Part shown: positions 48,116-59,800 of the stretch, in pieces
How positions within the stretch are numbered: the stretch's first letter is position 1
Layout of the letters: each line of letters opens with the position of its first letter
Assembly (NCBI GenBank): GCA_029258885.1
Contig: JAPDJW010000002.1
Span: 448,001 to 512,000 of the forward strand
DNA from: Thermoproteota archaeon
Lineage (GTDB): Archaea > Thermoproteota > Thermoprotei > Thermofilales > B9-G17
Length of the DNA: 64,000 nt
Direction: 5' to 3'
Notes under the pieces: model-generated
What the model was told of the DNA's origin: nothing
Databases searched by the model: none
Seen by the model: the letters and a program-made list of their open reading frames with translations, nothing else
Translations under genes and position numbers: made by a program

Positions 48116-49111
48116 CTACAGTTCGTCAAGTTTTATAGGTTTTCCTAGTTTAGCCGCCTTCTTCACTGCTAGAGTAAGCTTCAATGTATTATATCCTTCT
48201 CTTATAGGAACCTTAGTGTCTCTATCGTTAAGAATAGCATTAATGAAGTCTCTGCTTTCCTCAGCATAAAAGTCCAAGTTTTTCTCAATAATCTTCTCCT
48301 CATCCTTCTCTCTAAACCATACCATTATTTTATGGGGGTTAGGCAGCTCCATTACCGCTTTCTCACATATAATACGCCACAGCCAGTTGAAACCCCTATA
48401 GCATGCAGACGAGAACATGCTTACGATAGCTCCCTTCCTCATCTTCAGTACAGCGACATGGCCGTCCTCAACTCTCCAATAGGGATCTACTTTCTCCATG
48501 AACCTAGAGGTATATGAAAATACCTCATCGGCCTCGCCCAGAAGATATCTAACGGTATCGTATACATGCGTCACTTGCTCAACTATATGTCCTCCTCCTT
48601 TGGATTCATCCTTCCACCAATGCTTTTTACCTATAAGAAACAACATATTGCCGAGATATGCACACTGGAAGTGCAGGACCTTACCTACATCACCGCTTTC
48701 AATAAGTCTTTTCGCCTCCGAGATACCTGCCGTAAATCTAAATACGTATCCTACCTGTGATTTAACACCATTCTTCTCAACGGATTTAACCATCTCCTCT
48801 GCAAGCCTTAAATCGAGAGCTATAGGCTTCTCTATGAAGACGTGAATTCCATTTTCGGCGGCTATCATAACCTCATCCTTATGCGCGAAGGGCGGAATAC
48901 AAATATACACAGCATCAAGCTTCTCCTTACTGAACATCTCATGGTAATCTGTATACACATTTCCACCGTATTTTGAAGCAAGATTCTGCGCCTTCTCCCT
49001 CACTACATCCGTGAAGGCTACTATCTCAATTTCCTCAAACTTTGAAAGTCTCTCAGCATGTACGCCAGCTATAAACCCTGCTCCAATGAACCCCACCCTC
49101 AGCTTAGCCAT
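48116..49111 (-). CDS. Gfo/Idh/MocA family oxidoreductase
   Basis: GFIGAGFIA, ICIPPFAH, FIEKP, GGGHIVEQVTH. Confidence 0.9.
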   Translation of the reverse strand: MAKLRVGFIGAGFIAGVHAERLSKFEEIEIVAFTDVVREKAQNLASKYGGNVYTDYHEMFSKEKLDAVYICIPPFAHKDEVMIAAENGIHVFIEKPIALDLRLAEEMVKSVEKNGVKSQVGYVFRFTAGISEAKRLIESGDVGKVLHFQCAYLGNMLFLIGKKHWWKDESKGGGHIVEQVTHVYDTVRYLLGEADEVFSYTSRFMEKVDPYWRVEDGHVAVLKMRKGAIVSMFSSACYRGFNWLWRIICEKAVMELPNPHKIMVWFREKDEEKIIEKNLDFYAEESRDFINAILNDRDTKVPIREGYNTLKLTLAVKKAAKLGKPIKLDEL

Positions 49112-49120
49112 CGAAACACC

Positions 49121-50137
49121 CTAAAGCACCTCTTCTGTCAATGGAAGCTTGACAGGCATACCTTCCCTAATAGATTTAATCGAGGCTAGAGCAACCTCCA
49201 GAGACTTAAGTGCCTCCTCCCCTGTAACCAGCGGCTCCTTATCGTTTACAACGCAGTCAATGAAGTGCTTAAGCTCTAAGTAGTATCCGTTCTCAGGCAC
49301 GGGCGTCGAATACGATACCTGTCCACCACCCTTAAACACCTTTAAACCAGCTGTCGAGAGGTTATCTACAGTGAGAAGCCCGTTAGTTCCAGCAACCTCC
49401 AAATACATGTGTAGCGGATATCCCTTAGGCATAATCCAGCTACCTTCAACGTACGCTATAGCTCCACTCTTAAACTTAAGTAGCATGTGGACGTAATCGT
49501 ATGCCGTCGCATCCTTAAACACGTATACTCCTCCCTGAGCATATACGGTATCCACCTCTCCCATGACCCACCTAAGATAGTCTATGTCGTGTATGCTTAG
49601 ATCAACTGCAACGCCACCAGATTTTAATATATCCTTATGCCACATCTTATAGGACCACGTAGGATATTCAAGCTGCCTATATGCCCTAGCAATCCTAGGT
49701 TCGCCTATAGCCCCTGACTCGATTAACTCCTTAGCTTTAACGTATTCAGGCCAGAACCTCAGGACGTGGGCAACCATAAATTTTAGTCCTTTCCTTTTAG
49801 CGGTATTAATCATCTCTCTAGCGTCACTCAGTTTAAGGGCTATAGGCTTCTCAACTATAACATGCTTACCGTATTCAAACGCCCTTAACACACATTCTTT
49901 ATGTTCATAGGTGGGTCTAGTTATATCAACTACCTCGACTCCCTCTGCCTTAAGTGCCTCATCCAAATCAGTAAATGCCTTTTTCGCATTAAACTTCCTA
50001 GCCAGCTCCTCAGCTCTACTCCTAGACCTGCTTACAATGCCCACTATTTCAACGTTAGGCATTCTGGCCAGCGCTGGAAGATGCTCGTTAACAGAAATCA
50101 TGCCAGTACCCACAACCAGAACTCCAATCTTCCTCAA
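49121..50137 (-). CDS. Gfo/Idh/MocA family oxidoreductase
   Basis: VGTGMIS, PTYEH, IVEKP, AHVLRFWPEY, SGGVAVDLSIHD. Confidence 0.9.
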   Translation of the reverse strand: MRKIGVLVVGTGMISVNEHLPALARMPNVEIVGIVSRSRSRAEELARKFNAKKAFTDLDEALKAEGVEVVDITRPTYEHKECVLRAFEYGKHVIVEKPIALKLSDAREMINTAKRKGLKFMVAHVLRFWPEYVKAKELIESGAIGEPRIARAYRQLEYPTWSYKMWHKDILKSGGVAVDLSIHDIDYLRWVMGEVDTVYAQGGVYVFKDATAYDYVHMLLKFKSGAIAYVEGSWIMPKGYPLHMYLEVAGTNGLLTVDNLSTAGLKVFKGGGQVSYSTPVPENGYYLELKHFIDCVVNDKEPLVTGEEALKSLEVALASIKSIREGMPVKLPLTEEVL

Positions 50138-50238
50138 TAAATCACCTACATATTACTATGACAAACACTAAATTAGCTTTTAAAGATTAAAACTATTTCT
50201 CCTTCTAAACATTCAAATACTCGCTCCAATAAATATAC

Positions 50239-50880
50239 TTGATAAAATTGCCGGATATCAATACCATAGTATTCCTACACATAAAGGAATCAGAAGGTGG
50301 AGACAGCCTAGTTAATACTATTGTATATATTAACTCTCACTACAAGCTAGATAATCTACGTTTAAAGCTACGTTTTACATGGAAGCCAAATATTTCAAGC
50401 ATACAGCCTAACCCTATTCATATCAATGACTTCTACGTGTTTAAGCTAAAAACATATAAAAGAAACTTCAACAGAACGACCGTATACTCATCAAGCGTGA
50501 TATTCAACCATGAAGCGGACAGCCTACCCTTTAACATATTCTCGAAGACTCTGTTCACGGGCTACCTCGACCCGAATTTGGTGCTCAACCTACAGTACGC
50601 TATATCATCGAGGTGCATGAAGAACTTCAGCTTTATAATAGGTCCATACGTGGATGCTAATGGAAGAATAATAGTATTCGATATTCCATCTAATAGGGGA
50701 AAACTAGAGGGGACGGTACTACTTCCATACCCAAAAACGTATATCCCCCTCAAAGTAGATGGCATATTAAGGGATGAATACATCCCACTAAAAGTGATGC
50801 CGGAGGATACAGCGAGAAGTACCGTGGAGGCTAGAGTAATGTACTACTTTAAGGACTTTTATGTGCAGCATCCAAGTTAA
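50239..50880 (+). CDS. hypothetical protein
   Basis: Intact 213-aa ORF heading a run of plus-strand genes. Confidence 0.55.
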   Translation: MIKLPDINTIVFLHIKESEGGDSLVNTIVYINSHYKLDNLRLKLRFTWKPNISSIQPNPIHINDFYVFKLKTYKRNFNRTTVYSSSVIFNHEADSLPFNIFSKTLFTGYLDPNLVLNLQYAISSRCMKNFSFIIGPYVDANGRIIVFDIPSNRGKLEGTVLLPYPKTYIPLKVDGILRDEYIPLKVMPEDTARSTVEARVMYYFKDFYVQHPS

Positions 50881-50910
50881 AGATATATGCTATAGACCTA
50901 TCTTATAGGC

Positions 50911-51573
50911 ATGTTCAACTATTCAGAGAAGCTGAATACCCTCATGGAGACCGTCAAAAGAATATACGAGGAGAACTGGGGAAAGTATCCTCCATCCCAC
51001 GATTTCCTTCACGTTAAACGTGTACTGGTTATTGCTGAGAAAATAGCTAGAGAGGAGGGATTTACTGAAGAGGATATTCTGATACTAAAGACCGCCGTTA
51101 TTCTACACGATATAGCTATAGCCGTTACGGGGAGCAAGAATAATCACGCTGAAAAGTCCTCGAAGATAGCGGAGGACATGCTAAGGAAGTTGGGCTACCC
51201 AAGCAAAGCGGTGGAGGTTATATGCACGGCGATAGCTGAACATAGTTGGAGGGTTAATAGGAAGCCGTCGTCGAGGATATCGGCTATACTTCAGGATGCC
51301 GATCGAATAGATGCATTAGGAGCAATAGGTTTAGCTAGATTATTCTCGTATTCAACGATATTAGGTAGATTATTCTATAATGAGGAGGAGCCAATTCCTA
51401 GATCCAGGCAGTTAAATGAGGATAGGTATGCGTTAGACCATGTATTCACAAAGCTAGCCAAGATACCCGATCGTATGAATACCGCCAGCGGAAGGAGGAT
51501 AGCTGAGAATAGGCTTAAGCTATTATTAAAAATACTGGGATATATGGAGAGGGAAATTGAGGGTAAGATGTAG
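50911..51573 (+). CDS. HD domain metal-dependent phosphohydrolase (YedJ-like)
   Basis: SHDFLHVKRV, LHDI, H...S, IAEHS, LQDADRIDALGAIG.AR. Confidence 0.9.
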   Translation: MFNYSEKLNTLMETVKRIYEENWGKYPPSHDFLHVKRVLVIAEKIAREEGFTEEDILILKTAVILHDIAIAVTGSKNNHAEKSSKIAEDMLRKLGYPSKAVEVICTAIAEHSWRVNRKPSSRISAILQDADRIDALGAIGLARLFSYSTILGRLFYNEEEPIPRSRQLNEDRYALDHVFTKLAKIPDRMNTASGRRIAENRLKLLLKILGYMEREIEGKM

Positions 51574-51611
51574 GTATAATGGATTTATAGCTGTATTACG
51601 TTATTGTATCT

Positions 51612-52121
51612 ATGGATGTATTTGAGGCAATAAGAAGGAGGAGAAGCATAAGAAAATACCACAGGAAGAACCTTGATTGGAATACTATAATCAGGCTACT
51701 TGAAGCCGCAAGGCTTGCACCATCGGCTAAAAATCTTCAGCCTTGGAAGTTTATAGTTGTATCCGATCAGGAGCTGAAGGACAAGCTCGTCAAGGCATGC
51801 TACAACCAGAAGTTCATTGCGGATGCATCGATAGTAATAGTCGGAATCGGCGACGCCGAATTATCGCCCAGGAGATATCAGACTGACGTAACGATAGCCC
51901 TCGAACATATAGTCCTTGAAGCAACCGAATTGGGGCTAGGAACCTGCTGGATAGGTGCTTTCAAGGAGGATGAGGTTAAGGAGCTACTTAAAATACCTAA
52001 TAAGTATAGAGTTGTAGCGCTATTAACTGTAGGTTATCCGGCCGAAAGTCCTCCGCCTAGACCTAGGAAGAAGCTTAAGGAAATAGTATATCACAACGTT
52101 TACGGGGTAGAGCTACGGTAG
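51612..52121 (+). CDS. nitroreductase family protein
   Basis: RRSIRKY, APSAKNLQPWKFIVV, A.ELGLGTCWIG, RPRK. Confidence 0.92.
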   Translation: MDVFEAIRRRRSIRKYHRKNLDWNTIIRLLEAARLAPSAKNLQPWKFIVVSDQELKDKLVKACYNQKFIADASIVIVGIGDAELSPRRYQTDVTIALEHIVLEATELGLGTCWIGAFKEDEVKELLKIPNKYRVVALLTVGYPAESPPPRPRKKLKEIVYHNVYGVELR

Positions 52122-52148
52122 ACTACTATATCAACTGGGGTCTAACGA

Positions 52149-53237
52149 ATGCCTAAACCCCTATCAAGGATAGCCGAGAGAATAACCAGCGAAATAGCTA
52201 GATTAGCGGAGAATTTTAATCACCTGAAGATAATGCACTTCTGCGGCACACACGAACACACCATAACCTACCACGGACTGAGGAGTATCATACCCCAAAA
52301 TATCGAGTTGATAGCTGGACCAGGCTGCCCCGTGTGTATTCTTCCCGCAAGCATAGTGGATGAGGCAGTTAGGCTATCAATGGAAGGAGTATACGTCCTA
52401 ACCTACGGGGATGTGTATAGGCTGCCCGGATCCGAGAAGAGTCTCCATGAGGCTAGAAGCGAGGGTGCAAAGGTAAAGCCAGTATACGGTTTCCTAGACG
52501 CAGTAAAGATATCGAAAACATCCTTAAGGAATGAGGACGTAGTATTTCTAGCTGCTGGATTCGAAACAACATTGCCTACGATACTCTCCCAAGTTAAATT
52601 GGGTAAGGTGCCCGACAACCTAACCATACTACTTGCCTGTAGGAATACGGTTGCAGCAATGAGATATATACTAGAGAATAAGGTGCACAGGTTGAACGGT
52701 ATAATTGCACCCGGACATGTTTCAGCCATTATAGGTGCATCGGCATGGAGTTTCGTAGCCACCGAACACGGCGTTCCTGTAGTTGTTGCAGGATTCGAGC
52801 CACTAGACGTCCTCATAGCGGTACTGAATATATTATCTCAAAACATCGAGGGTAAAGCATATCTCGAAAACGAATACAGCAGGGTTGTTTCATGGAATGG
52901 AAACACTGAGGCTAAGAAGCTTATGTCGGAGCTACTTATAGTTTCAGATGGATACTGGAGAGGAATAGGCTTAATTCCAAAGAGTGCATGGCGTTTCAGG
53001 GAGAAGTATAGGAGATACGACGCCATTGAAGAATACGGATTAGATGTGGAGAAGCCAGGCATAGATTTAAAGCCTGGCTGTAGGTGTGCCGAAATAGTAT
53101 TGGGTATGGCTAAGCCGACGGATTGTCCACTGTTCATGAAGTCGTGTACTCCAAGCAGACCGCTTGGACCATGTATGGTCTCTGTAGAGGGTACATGCCG
53201 AATATGGGCTATCTACGGTAGCGGCTATCGTGCATAG
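52149..53237 (+). CDS. hypD: hydrogenase maturation protein HypD
   Basis: MHFCGTHE, GPGCPVC, GFETT, PGHVS, GFEP, WRGIG, GC.C..I..G...P.DCPLF...C.P..P.GPCMVS.EGTC. Confidence 0.95.
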   Translation: MPKPLSRIAERITSEIARLAENFNHLKIMHFCGTHEHTITYHGLRSIIPQNIELIAGPGCPVCILPASIVDEAVRLSMEGVYVLTYGDVYRLPGSEKSLHEARSEGAKVKPVYGFLDAVKISKTSLRNEDVVFLAAGFETTLPTILSQVKLGKVPDNLTILLACRNTVAAMRYILENKVHRLNGIIAPGHVSAIIGASAWSFVATEHGVPVVVAGFEPLDVLIAVLNILSQNIEGKAYLENEYSRVVSWNGNTEAKKLMSELLIVSDGYWRGIGLIPKSAWRFREKYRRYDAIEEYGLDVEKPGIDLKPGCRCAEIVLGMAKPTDCPLFMKSCTPSRPLGPCMVSVEGTCRIWAIYGSGYRA

Positions 53238-53698
53238 CCAGTAATGCTTCTAGAAACCTACATTGCCAGAAGGATAAGGTTCTACATTAGAAAATTCGAC
53301 ATATCCGAAATTACGTAGAAAGTCGCACTGCAGCTATGTCCTTCCTCTAATTATGTAGTAGATTTTCCTAATTCCTGCATTGTACATTTTTGTTAGAGAT
53401 AAAAAACTTTAATATGCCGAGCTTAGAGCAGAAGCCTTTAGCAAGCAGTTTTCGCAAACAAATAGTTGACGGATGCTCCTTTGCATCTGTAGAAAAATAT
53501 TAAGCCGAATATTGTGGCTGACGAATAAAGAGCTAGAGCGAGGATTACGAGCCTAGTCTCGAGGATCGGGAAAAGTATAGTTATAACCAGGGATGAGGCA
53601 TCTACAATCAGTAGTTTCCTTAGAATAATAGCCTTTTCCTTAATTGATTTAGAGATTTTCTAGCTGTTGGTATATAAGCTACTGCTTTTTCAAAGATA

Positions 53699-54775
53699 TT
53701 ATTCTATAACATGTATCTGGGAGGCTTTAATATACAGATAAACTTTCTCTCCACTACGTAGCTTCATTTCAGAGAACGAGCTTCTAGTAATATATGCCTT
53801 AACCATCTTTTCATTCACCATAACCTTAAGGAGTACTAGTGCGCCTTCATCCATGTAGTCAGTTAATACGCCTTCAATAACGTTTCTCGCGCTAGTCCTA
53901 ATTTTATGTCTAGAAACTACCACATATTCAGGCCTGAAGCTCACTACAACCCAACCCCTATACTCGCCACATACCGTAAACTCTAGGGAGCCGACTCTAA
54001 CCCTCGATAGCCCGCTTCCAACGGGCTCAGCGTACCCCCTGTAAATATTCTCGGTTCGCGTAAACCATGCCACAAACTCGGACTTAGGCCTATAGAATAC
54101 ATCCTGCGGCGTTCCAATCTGCTCTATAGATCCATTATTCAATACAGCGATCCTATCCGCTAGAGATATAGCTTCCGTGAAGTCATGGGTAACGTGTATA
54201 ACTGTGGCCTTAAACATCCTATGGATCTCTCTAAGGTAATCCCTTAAACTCCATCTAAGCACCGGATCGACAGCGGCAAGAGGCTCATCGAGCAGCAGAA
54301 TCTTAGGTTCAACAACAAGTGCTCGGGCCAACGCAACCCTTTGAGCCTCACCACCACTTAAACTCTTCACTTTCCTATCAAGTAGGTGGCTGATGCCGAG
54401 CTTCTCAGATACCTCCCTTACCTTATCGGATATATGCTCCCTCTTAGCTTTCCTAATCTTTAAACCGAAGGCTATGTTGTCGTATACGCTTAGGTGGGGG
54501 AATAGCGCATAGTTCTGTGGAACATAGCCTATGTTACGCTTCTCCGGAGGCAATCTAGTTGAATCAACGCCATCAATTAAAATTCTACCGCTATCTGGCG
54601 TAATTATTCCAGCAATAACCTGAAGGAGGAGAGTTTTACCAGCACCGGATGGACCAAGTACTACGAAGTATTCCCCCTTGGAAACTTTAAACGATATATT
54701 ATTCAACCTGAATTCTCCAAACTTCTTTGAAACGTTTTCCAGCACCAGCCTATAGTTTAAAGCCACTACTTCCAC
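53699..54775 (-). CDS. wtpC: tungstate/molybdate ABC transporter ATP-binding subunit
   Basis: GPSGAGKT, LSGGE.QR, LLLDEP, HVTHD; C-terminal TOBE domains. Confidence 0.88.
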   Translation of the reverse strand: MEVVALNYRLVLENVSKKFGEFRLNNISFKVSKGEYFVVLGPSGAGKTLLLQVIAGIITPDSGRILIDGVDSTRLPPEKRNIGYVPQNYALFPHLSVYDNIAFGLKIRKAKREHISDKVREVSEKLGISHLLDRKVKSLSGGEAQRVALARALVVEPKILLLDEPLAAVDPVLRWSLRDYLREIHRMFKATVIHVTHDFTEAISLADRIAVLNNGSIEQIGTPQDVFYRPKSEFVAWFTRTENIYRGYAEPVGSGLSRVRVGSLEFTVCGEYRGWVVVSFRPEYVVVSRHKIRTSARNVIEGVLTDYMDEGALVLLKVMVNEKMVKAYITRSSFSEMKLRSGEKVYLYIKASQIHVIE

Positions 54776-55536
54776 CTGATTATAAGCCTTAATATGACGA
54801 ATATCGTTAAACTTATCAGAGCGAGGAGAGCGGATAAGGCGAGGGCTGACCTTAAACCGTAGCCAAGGAATCTTTCTATGACTAGTACAGAGGCTATCTT
54901 CGGATAATATGCTATCACCATCACAGCCCCGACTTCGCTCACTGCTCTAGCTAACGTGAGTATAAAGCCTGCGAGAATGTGTTTAAGCGATAGGGGCAAC
55001 GTCACCTCTAGAAAGACCTTGATTCTCGAAGCTCCTAAAGTCCTAGCAACGTTCTCTATTTCAACGTCTATCGAATCAAACCCGGCCTTAACCGTTGTGA
55101 TGTATATTGGTGACGAAACAAACAGCATTGCAAACACAATGCCCCAATAACTATCCTCTATAATAAGGCCTACATTTGAGAGAAGGGATCCAATAGGTGA
55201 TCTTGAACTATACGCAAGCAACAACATTATACCAGCAACGCTATGTGGGATAGCTAGCGGTATCTCAATTATGCTCTGTATAAAACTTGATAAACTGCCA
55301 CGCCACCTGGAGAGAAAGTAGGCTAGCGGAGTTCCGAATAACAGTGATACTAGACTACATACAGTGCCTGCATGAAACCCCACGTAAATGGAGTCTAATG
55401 CATCTACATCTGAGGCTGCCTCACTTATATATGCTCCACCCTCAGCTAGACACGTTATCACGGGGATAACTAGAAAAAGGACTATAACCGAGCCCACAGC
55501 CGCGAAAACTATCAGGTCCCTATTCAAGGTTATCAT
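54766..55536 (-). CDS. wtpB: tungstate/molybdate ABC transporter permease
   Basis: PLAIPHSVAG, EAA-like ENVARTLGAS, ARAVSEVGAV...AYYP. Confidence 0.88.
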   Translation of the reverse strand: MITLNRDLIVFAAVGSVIVLFLVIPVITCLAEGGAYISEAASDVDALDSIYVGFHAGTVCSLVSLLFGTPLAYFLSRWRGSLSSFIQSIIEIPLAIPHSVAGIMLLLAYSSRSPIGSLLSNVGLIIEDSYWGIVFAMLFVSSPIYITTVKAGFDSIDVEIENVARTLGASRIKVFLEVTLPLSLKHILAGFILTLARAVSEVGAVMVIAYYPKIASVLVIERFLGYGLRSALALSALLALISLTIFVILRLIIRWK

Positions 55537-56537
55537 CTCTTAAGCTCCAATGGCACGCTGCCCTTGTATTCGTAAGGTATTATTACAAATCCATGCTTCT
55601 CTAAAATCATTTTGCCTTCACCGTAGAGTATCCATTTAACTAGCTTAACCGCCTCACCACAGTTCTGGCACGTCTTAGGAATAGTTAACCCATACCTGAT
55701 TCTATCAATTTTAATTGTTTTCATTCTTTCAACGTCGCCGCTGAAGACCACCACAAAAACGTTCACATATGGATTATGCGCTAGGTTCAACACTTCAGGT
55801 AGCTCTATAAACTTTAATCCATGTTCCACCGCAACGTTCCTATATTCAAAAGCATAGTCTAAAACTCCTGCCTCGAGAAGTTGCACCAGATCGACGCTTT
55901 TATCCCTCAATACGAGGTTGCCCCCAGAGATATAGTTCATCTTAAACGGGAAGAATATGTAATGCCCGCTTCCGTTAATGACAACCTCTACGTTTAGAAT
56001 ATGCTTGCATACTGTTAAATTCCAGAGCTCGGGCATACCATAGTATAGTGAGGCCATATACAGTATGGAGAGAGCTCTGTATCCGCATGGATCCATGTTC
56101 GGGTTAGAGAAGCCATATTTAACATCGGGCTTCATCAGAATCCTATACCAGTTATCCTTACTGATTTCATTGGAATATTTGCTGTTATCGGTATAACATA
56201 GAACTACCTCATTACTACAGAACACTATAACCCAGTCAGTATAGTTAGGCATAAGGTATTCTTCAATAACCCTATAGTCGGCAACAACAACTAAATCGCA
56301 GGTCTTATGCAGCTCGCTGATCTTCCTAACCGCTTCAACGCTGCCTGAAGTTTCTCTAACCAGGTCTATGCTTGGATTATTAATTTCATATGTTTCTTCT
56401 ATTTCCTCCATTGCTAAGAGCAAGCTGCCGGCATGAAAAACCTTGAGTTTAACTTTATTTCTAACCAGTATTAAGTATGTTGAAATGATTAGGAAAACTA
56501 TCAATACAATCAGTATAAGCTTCCTAAGGCTAAGCAT
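55533..56537 (-). CDS. wtpA: tungstate/molybdate ABC transporter substrate-binding protein
   Basis: FHAGSL, ETSGSV, VADY, FSNPNMDPCGYR, DYAFEYRNVA, YGLTIP; N-terminal TM anchor. Confidence 0.9.
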   Translation of the reverse strand: MLSLRKLILIVLIVFLIISTYLILVRNKVKLKVFHAGSLLLAMEEIEETYEINNPSIDLVRETSGSVEAVRKISELHKTCDLVVVADYRVIEEYLMPNYTDWVIVFCSNEVVLCYTDNSKYSNEISKDNWYRILMKPDVKYGFSNPNMDPCGYRALSILYMASLYYGMPELWNLTVCKHILNVEVVINGSGHYIFFPFKMNYISGGNLVLRDKSVDLVQLLEAGVLDYAFEYRNVAVEHGLKFIELPEVLNLAHNPYVNVFVVVFSGDVERMKTIKIDRIRYGLTIPKTCQNCGEAVKLVKWILYGEGKMILEKHGFVIIPYEYKGSVPLELKR

Positions 56538-56841
56538 TCAATCACCTTTTTCCTAGCTAACAAAAATATTTACAAACATAAAACTTATTTTGTTACCTAC
56601 ATGAGCAGATATAGTTAACCATAGTTTCTTGATGTAGTGGATTCTATCAGCTTAAGTCCAGCTAATAATTGTTAAAACATTCAACATAGTTTTCATAGGT
56701 TAACTTATTTTAAACGCAAAATATCCCTAAGAATTATCCCTAAGGCTTTTTGGTTATTTATCTGTGTCTATTGATATTGATTATATGTTGAAATAGTAAA
56801 AAATATTAGCATTCCCGTAAATATTTGTACGGTGTTTTTCC

Positions 56842-59800
56842 ATGAGAAACACTTACCTATCCATGGTAGCGTTATTGCTATTTATAGCGATCTTCGCTAG
56901 TCCAATATATCCACAATCCTCTAACATAGTGCTGGACCTATCCGTTTCAGATATTTCATGGGAAAATGTAGGCAATTATGTTAGGTTGAAAATTGCAGGA
57001 GTAACTGCCAAGTGGAACGTCATTTACACGTCAGATCATCCCGGTGCTCCATTAATTCCAGCTGTTCAAGCCTTAGTTCTCCTACCGCCCAATAAAGCCA
57101 TCTCAGCTATTTCGATAGAAAAGTTTAATGTAAAGGAGATTAGGCTACCGGCTAAAGTTCTGCCTTCTCCACCAGTTTTCCCCGTTAAACCTACTAAATA
57201 CTATTCAACATCAAATGTGTTCTATAATACCAGTATATATTCTTCTAACGTACCGTATCCATCGAAGGATGTCAACTACATAGTTTTCAGGGAAAGAGGC
57301 GTAAACTTTGTCCTCATAAGGGTTTATCCCCTGAAATATATTCCAGCCAACAACACCGTCAAGCTATACTCCTCCATTAAAGTGACTATAAGTCTGATCT
57401 CCAAGAAGCTCTCTTACTCATTCTACGACGTAAACATCCTTAACAGAATTACCAGGAAAGCCGTCTACTCATATTCCCAGGCTAGCTATGGCAGTTTACA
57501 GCCAGCAGCTATTTCAGGCGGAATCGTAGTAGTTACACGTGCCATGTTTGTCTCGACTCTACAGCCGCTTATTGAGCTTAGAACTAGACAAGGTTATAGT
57601 CCAATTAAGGTTGTAACGGTCGAAAATATAGTCAGTAGTGGAATTGAAGGTCGAGATATACCTGAAAAGATAAGAAACTACTTATGTAATCTATACATCG
57701 ACAGCGGTGGAGCCTATAGATACCTTCTAATAGTCGGCGACACGCTAGATAGAAGCATCTCCCCGCCTACCTCCCTGGCCGACTTGGAGCTGTGGGAGGT
57801 TCCTGCAAGGTACTTCTATAATCCCGACGATTACTCCACATATACTCCATGCGACTGGTACTACGCAACCTTTGATTCAACCTGGGACAGCGATGGAGAT
57901 GGAATTTTCGGTGAAAACGGACAGGATGAGGCAGATTGGGCCCCGGAGATGGCCGTCGGCAGAATCCCTGTTAGAGATACCGCAACCCTTCAGGAGATAG
58001 TGGATAAGATTCTAAACTATGATAGTATGGAGGTTAAAAGCTCCGTTTTTACAGGCGCAATACTTTTTTATTATGTCGAGGAAGGGGATTCGTATGGATA
58101 TGGTGCACAAGGAGATACTAGGGCTGAAGGTTTAATCCAGTGGCTTAGTGGTTTAAGCGACTTAGTGGCTGAAAGCTGTATCATTAGGCTATACGAACAT
58201 TATCCAGCAGATGTCAAGATTACGAATGTTACACAACTCAACGGTAATCTAAGTCAGTCCAACATGGAGTCTGTTCTAGCAAATAATCCCTCTCTAGTCG
58301 TATGGTTTGGACATGGAAGCTATAGGTCAGCATGGAGGAAGATCTGGTCCGAGGATTCTGATCAGGATAATATGGTCGATGAGGACGAGGTTCTATGGGA
58401 TACTTTCGTAACTGACGCTTCTTTCGGTCTTGTAAATAAGCCATGCTTAATTCTTGCAATGTCCTGTTTAACCGCCATATATGATAGTGATTCTCTAGGT
58501 GAAGCAGCTCTAAGCAATACTGGCGGATGGTATCTCGGCTGGGATAGAGTCACCTATGGCGTGCTCTTTAGCGACACTACTTGGGAGATAAATCCTGATA
58601 ACTGGTGGTACGCCGACTACTACGTATACAGGTTCCTAGCAAATCTATTTAATGGTACCCAGACGCAGACCTATTTGGATCCGGGCTGGGCTTACCTTAA
58701 TACAGCCATAGAATTCGTCAATAGACATTCAATGAACGATGAAGCTGACAGAAGGGTTTGGATGGCTGCATCTCTAATAGGTGATCCAACACAGAAAGTC
58801 TATATGGCTAATATGTTCCTTGAGCTTTTAAATCAGACTGGGCTGACAGTATTCGTTGGTGAATCCTTCAAGATAGTCTCGAGGATCTATGTTGGAACCT
58901 TAACTCCTTCACCTAATACTCCGGTAGAGTTGCAGGCCTACGAGAATGGTGTATGGACTACTCTAGCTACCAGCTACAGTGATGGTCAGGGCTTCGCTAC
59001 ATTCAATGTAGCCTTCAATATGCCCGGAAACTACACCTTGAGAGTTGTCTACAGGGGGAATAGCAGTACTATGCCATACTACAGCGATAACCTAACGGTA
59101 TATGTTCAGGAGTCGGCTAAAATTGTGCTAGGATATCCTAGGGTTGCAACAGTCAATGCTTCATTCCCAGTTAGGGTACATCTGTATGATTCGAGCGGTA
59201 AGCCCTTAAACAACACCCGGGTACTGCTGTACTCTGAAACTCTAAATACTCTACTGGGGAACACCACTACTGACGAGGAAGGATTCGCAAGGTTCGAAGT
59301 AACAATATCCCAGCTGGGCGTACACGAATTTAACATAACCTACTTGGTCGATGACAGCGTTGAGGGTGGACAAAAATTTAGTGTTGAGATAGTTAATTAT
59401 CAGGTCTACTACATCGAAAGCCTACCTTACACCGTGAATTCTTCTGGCCTACATTTAATAGTGGATAATCTGACTTTCCCTGCCAGTGGTAAAGGTATAC
59501 TCATAAACTCCACTGATGTAGTGATGGATGGCCAGGGCTTTTACATTAAGTTGGAGGCGTTTCTACCAAAGGCTCCCAGCAGTTTAGCTAAGCCACTTGT
59601 GCCGGACACGTACTTCTTGGCTGTTGAAGGTGAGTCTAATGTGACAATTACGAACTTAGCTGTAGAGGGCGGCAACGCTGCTGGAATATACGTGTATAAC
59701 TCCACGCAAGTATCTCTACTAAACCTGTATGCTAAAGACGTCACAACGATGGCTGTGAGCTCCTCGAACGACACTAGGATAGTAAATTGTTCCTTCGTTG

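Noticed and set aside
53400-53650. Startless hydrophobic reading frame on the minus strand
   Set aside because: It may be a membrane-protein remnant, but has no start codon and no recognisable family.
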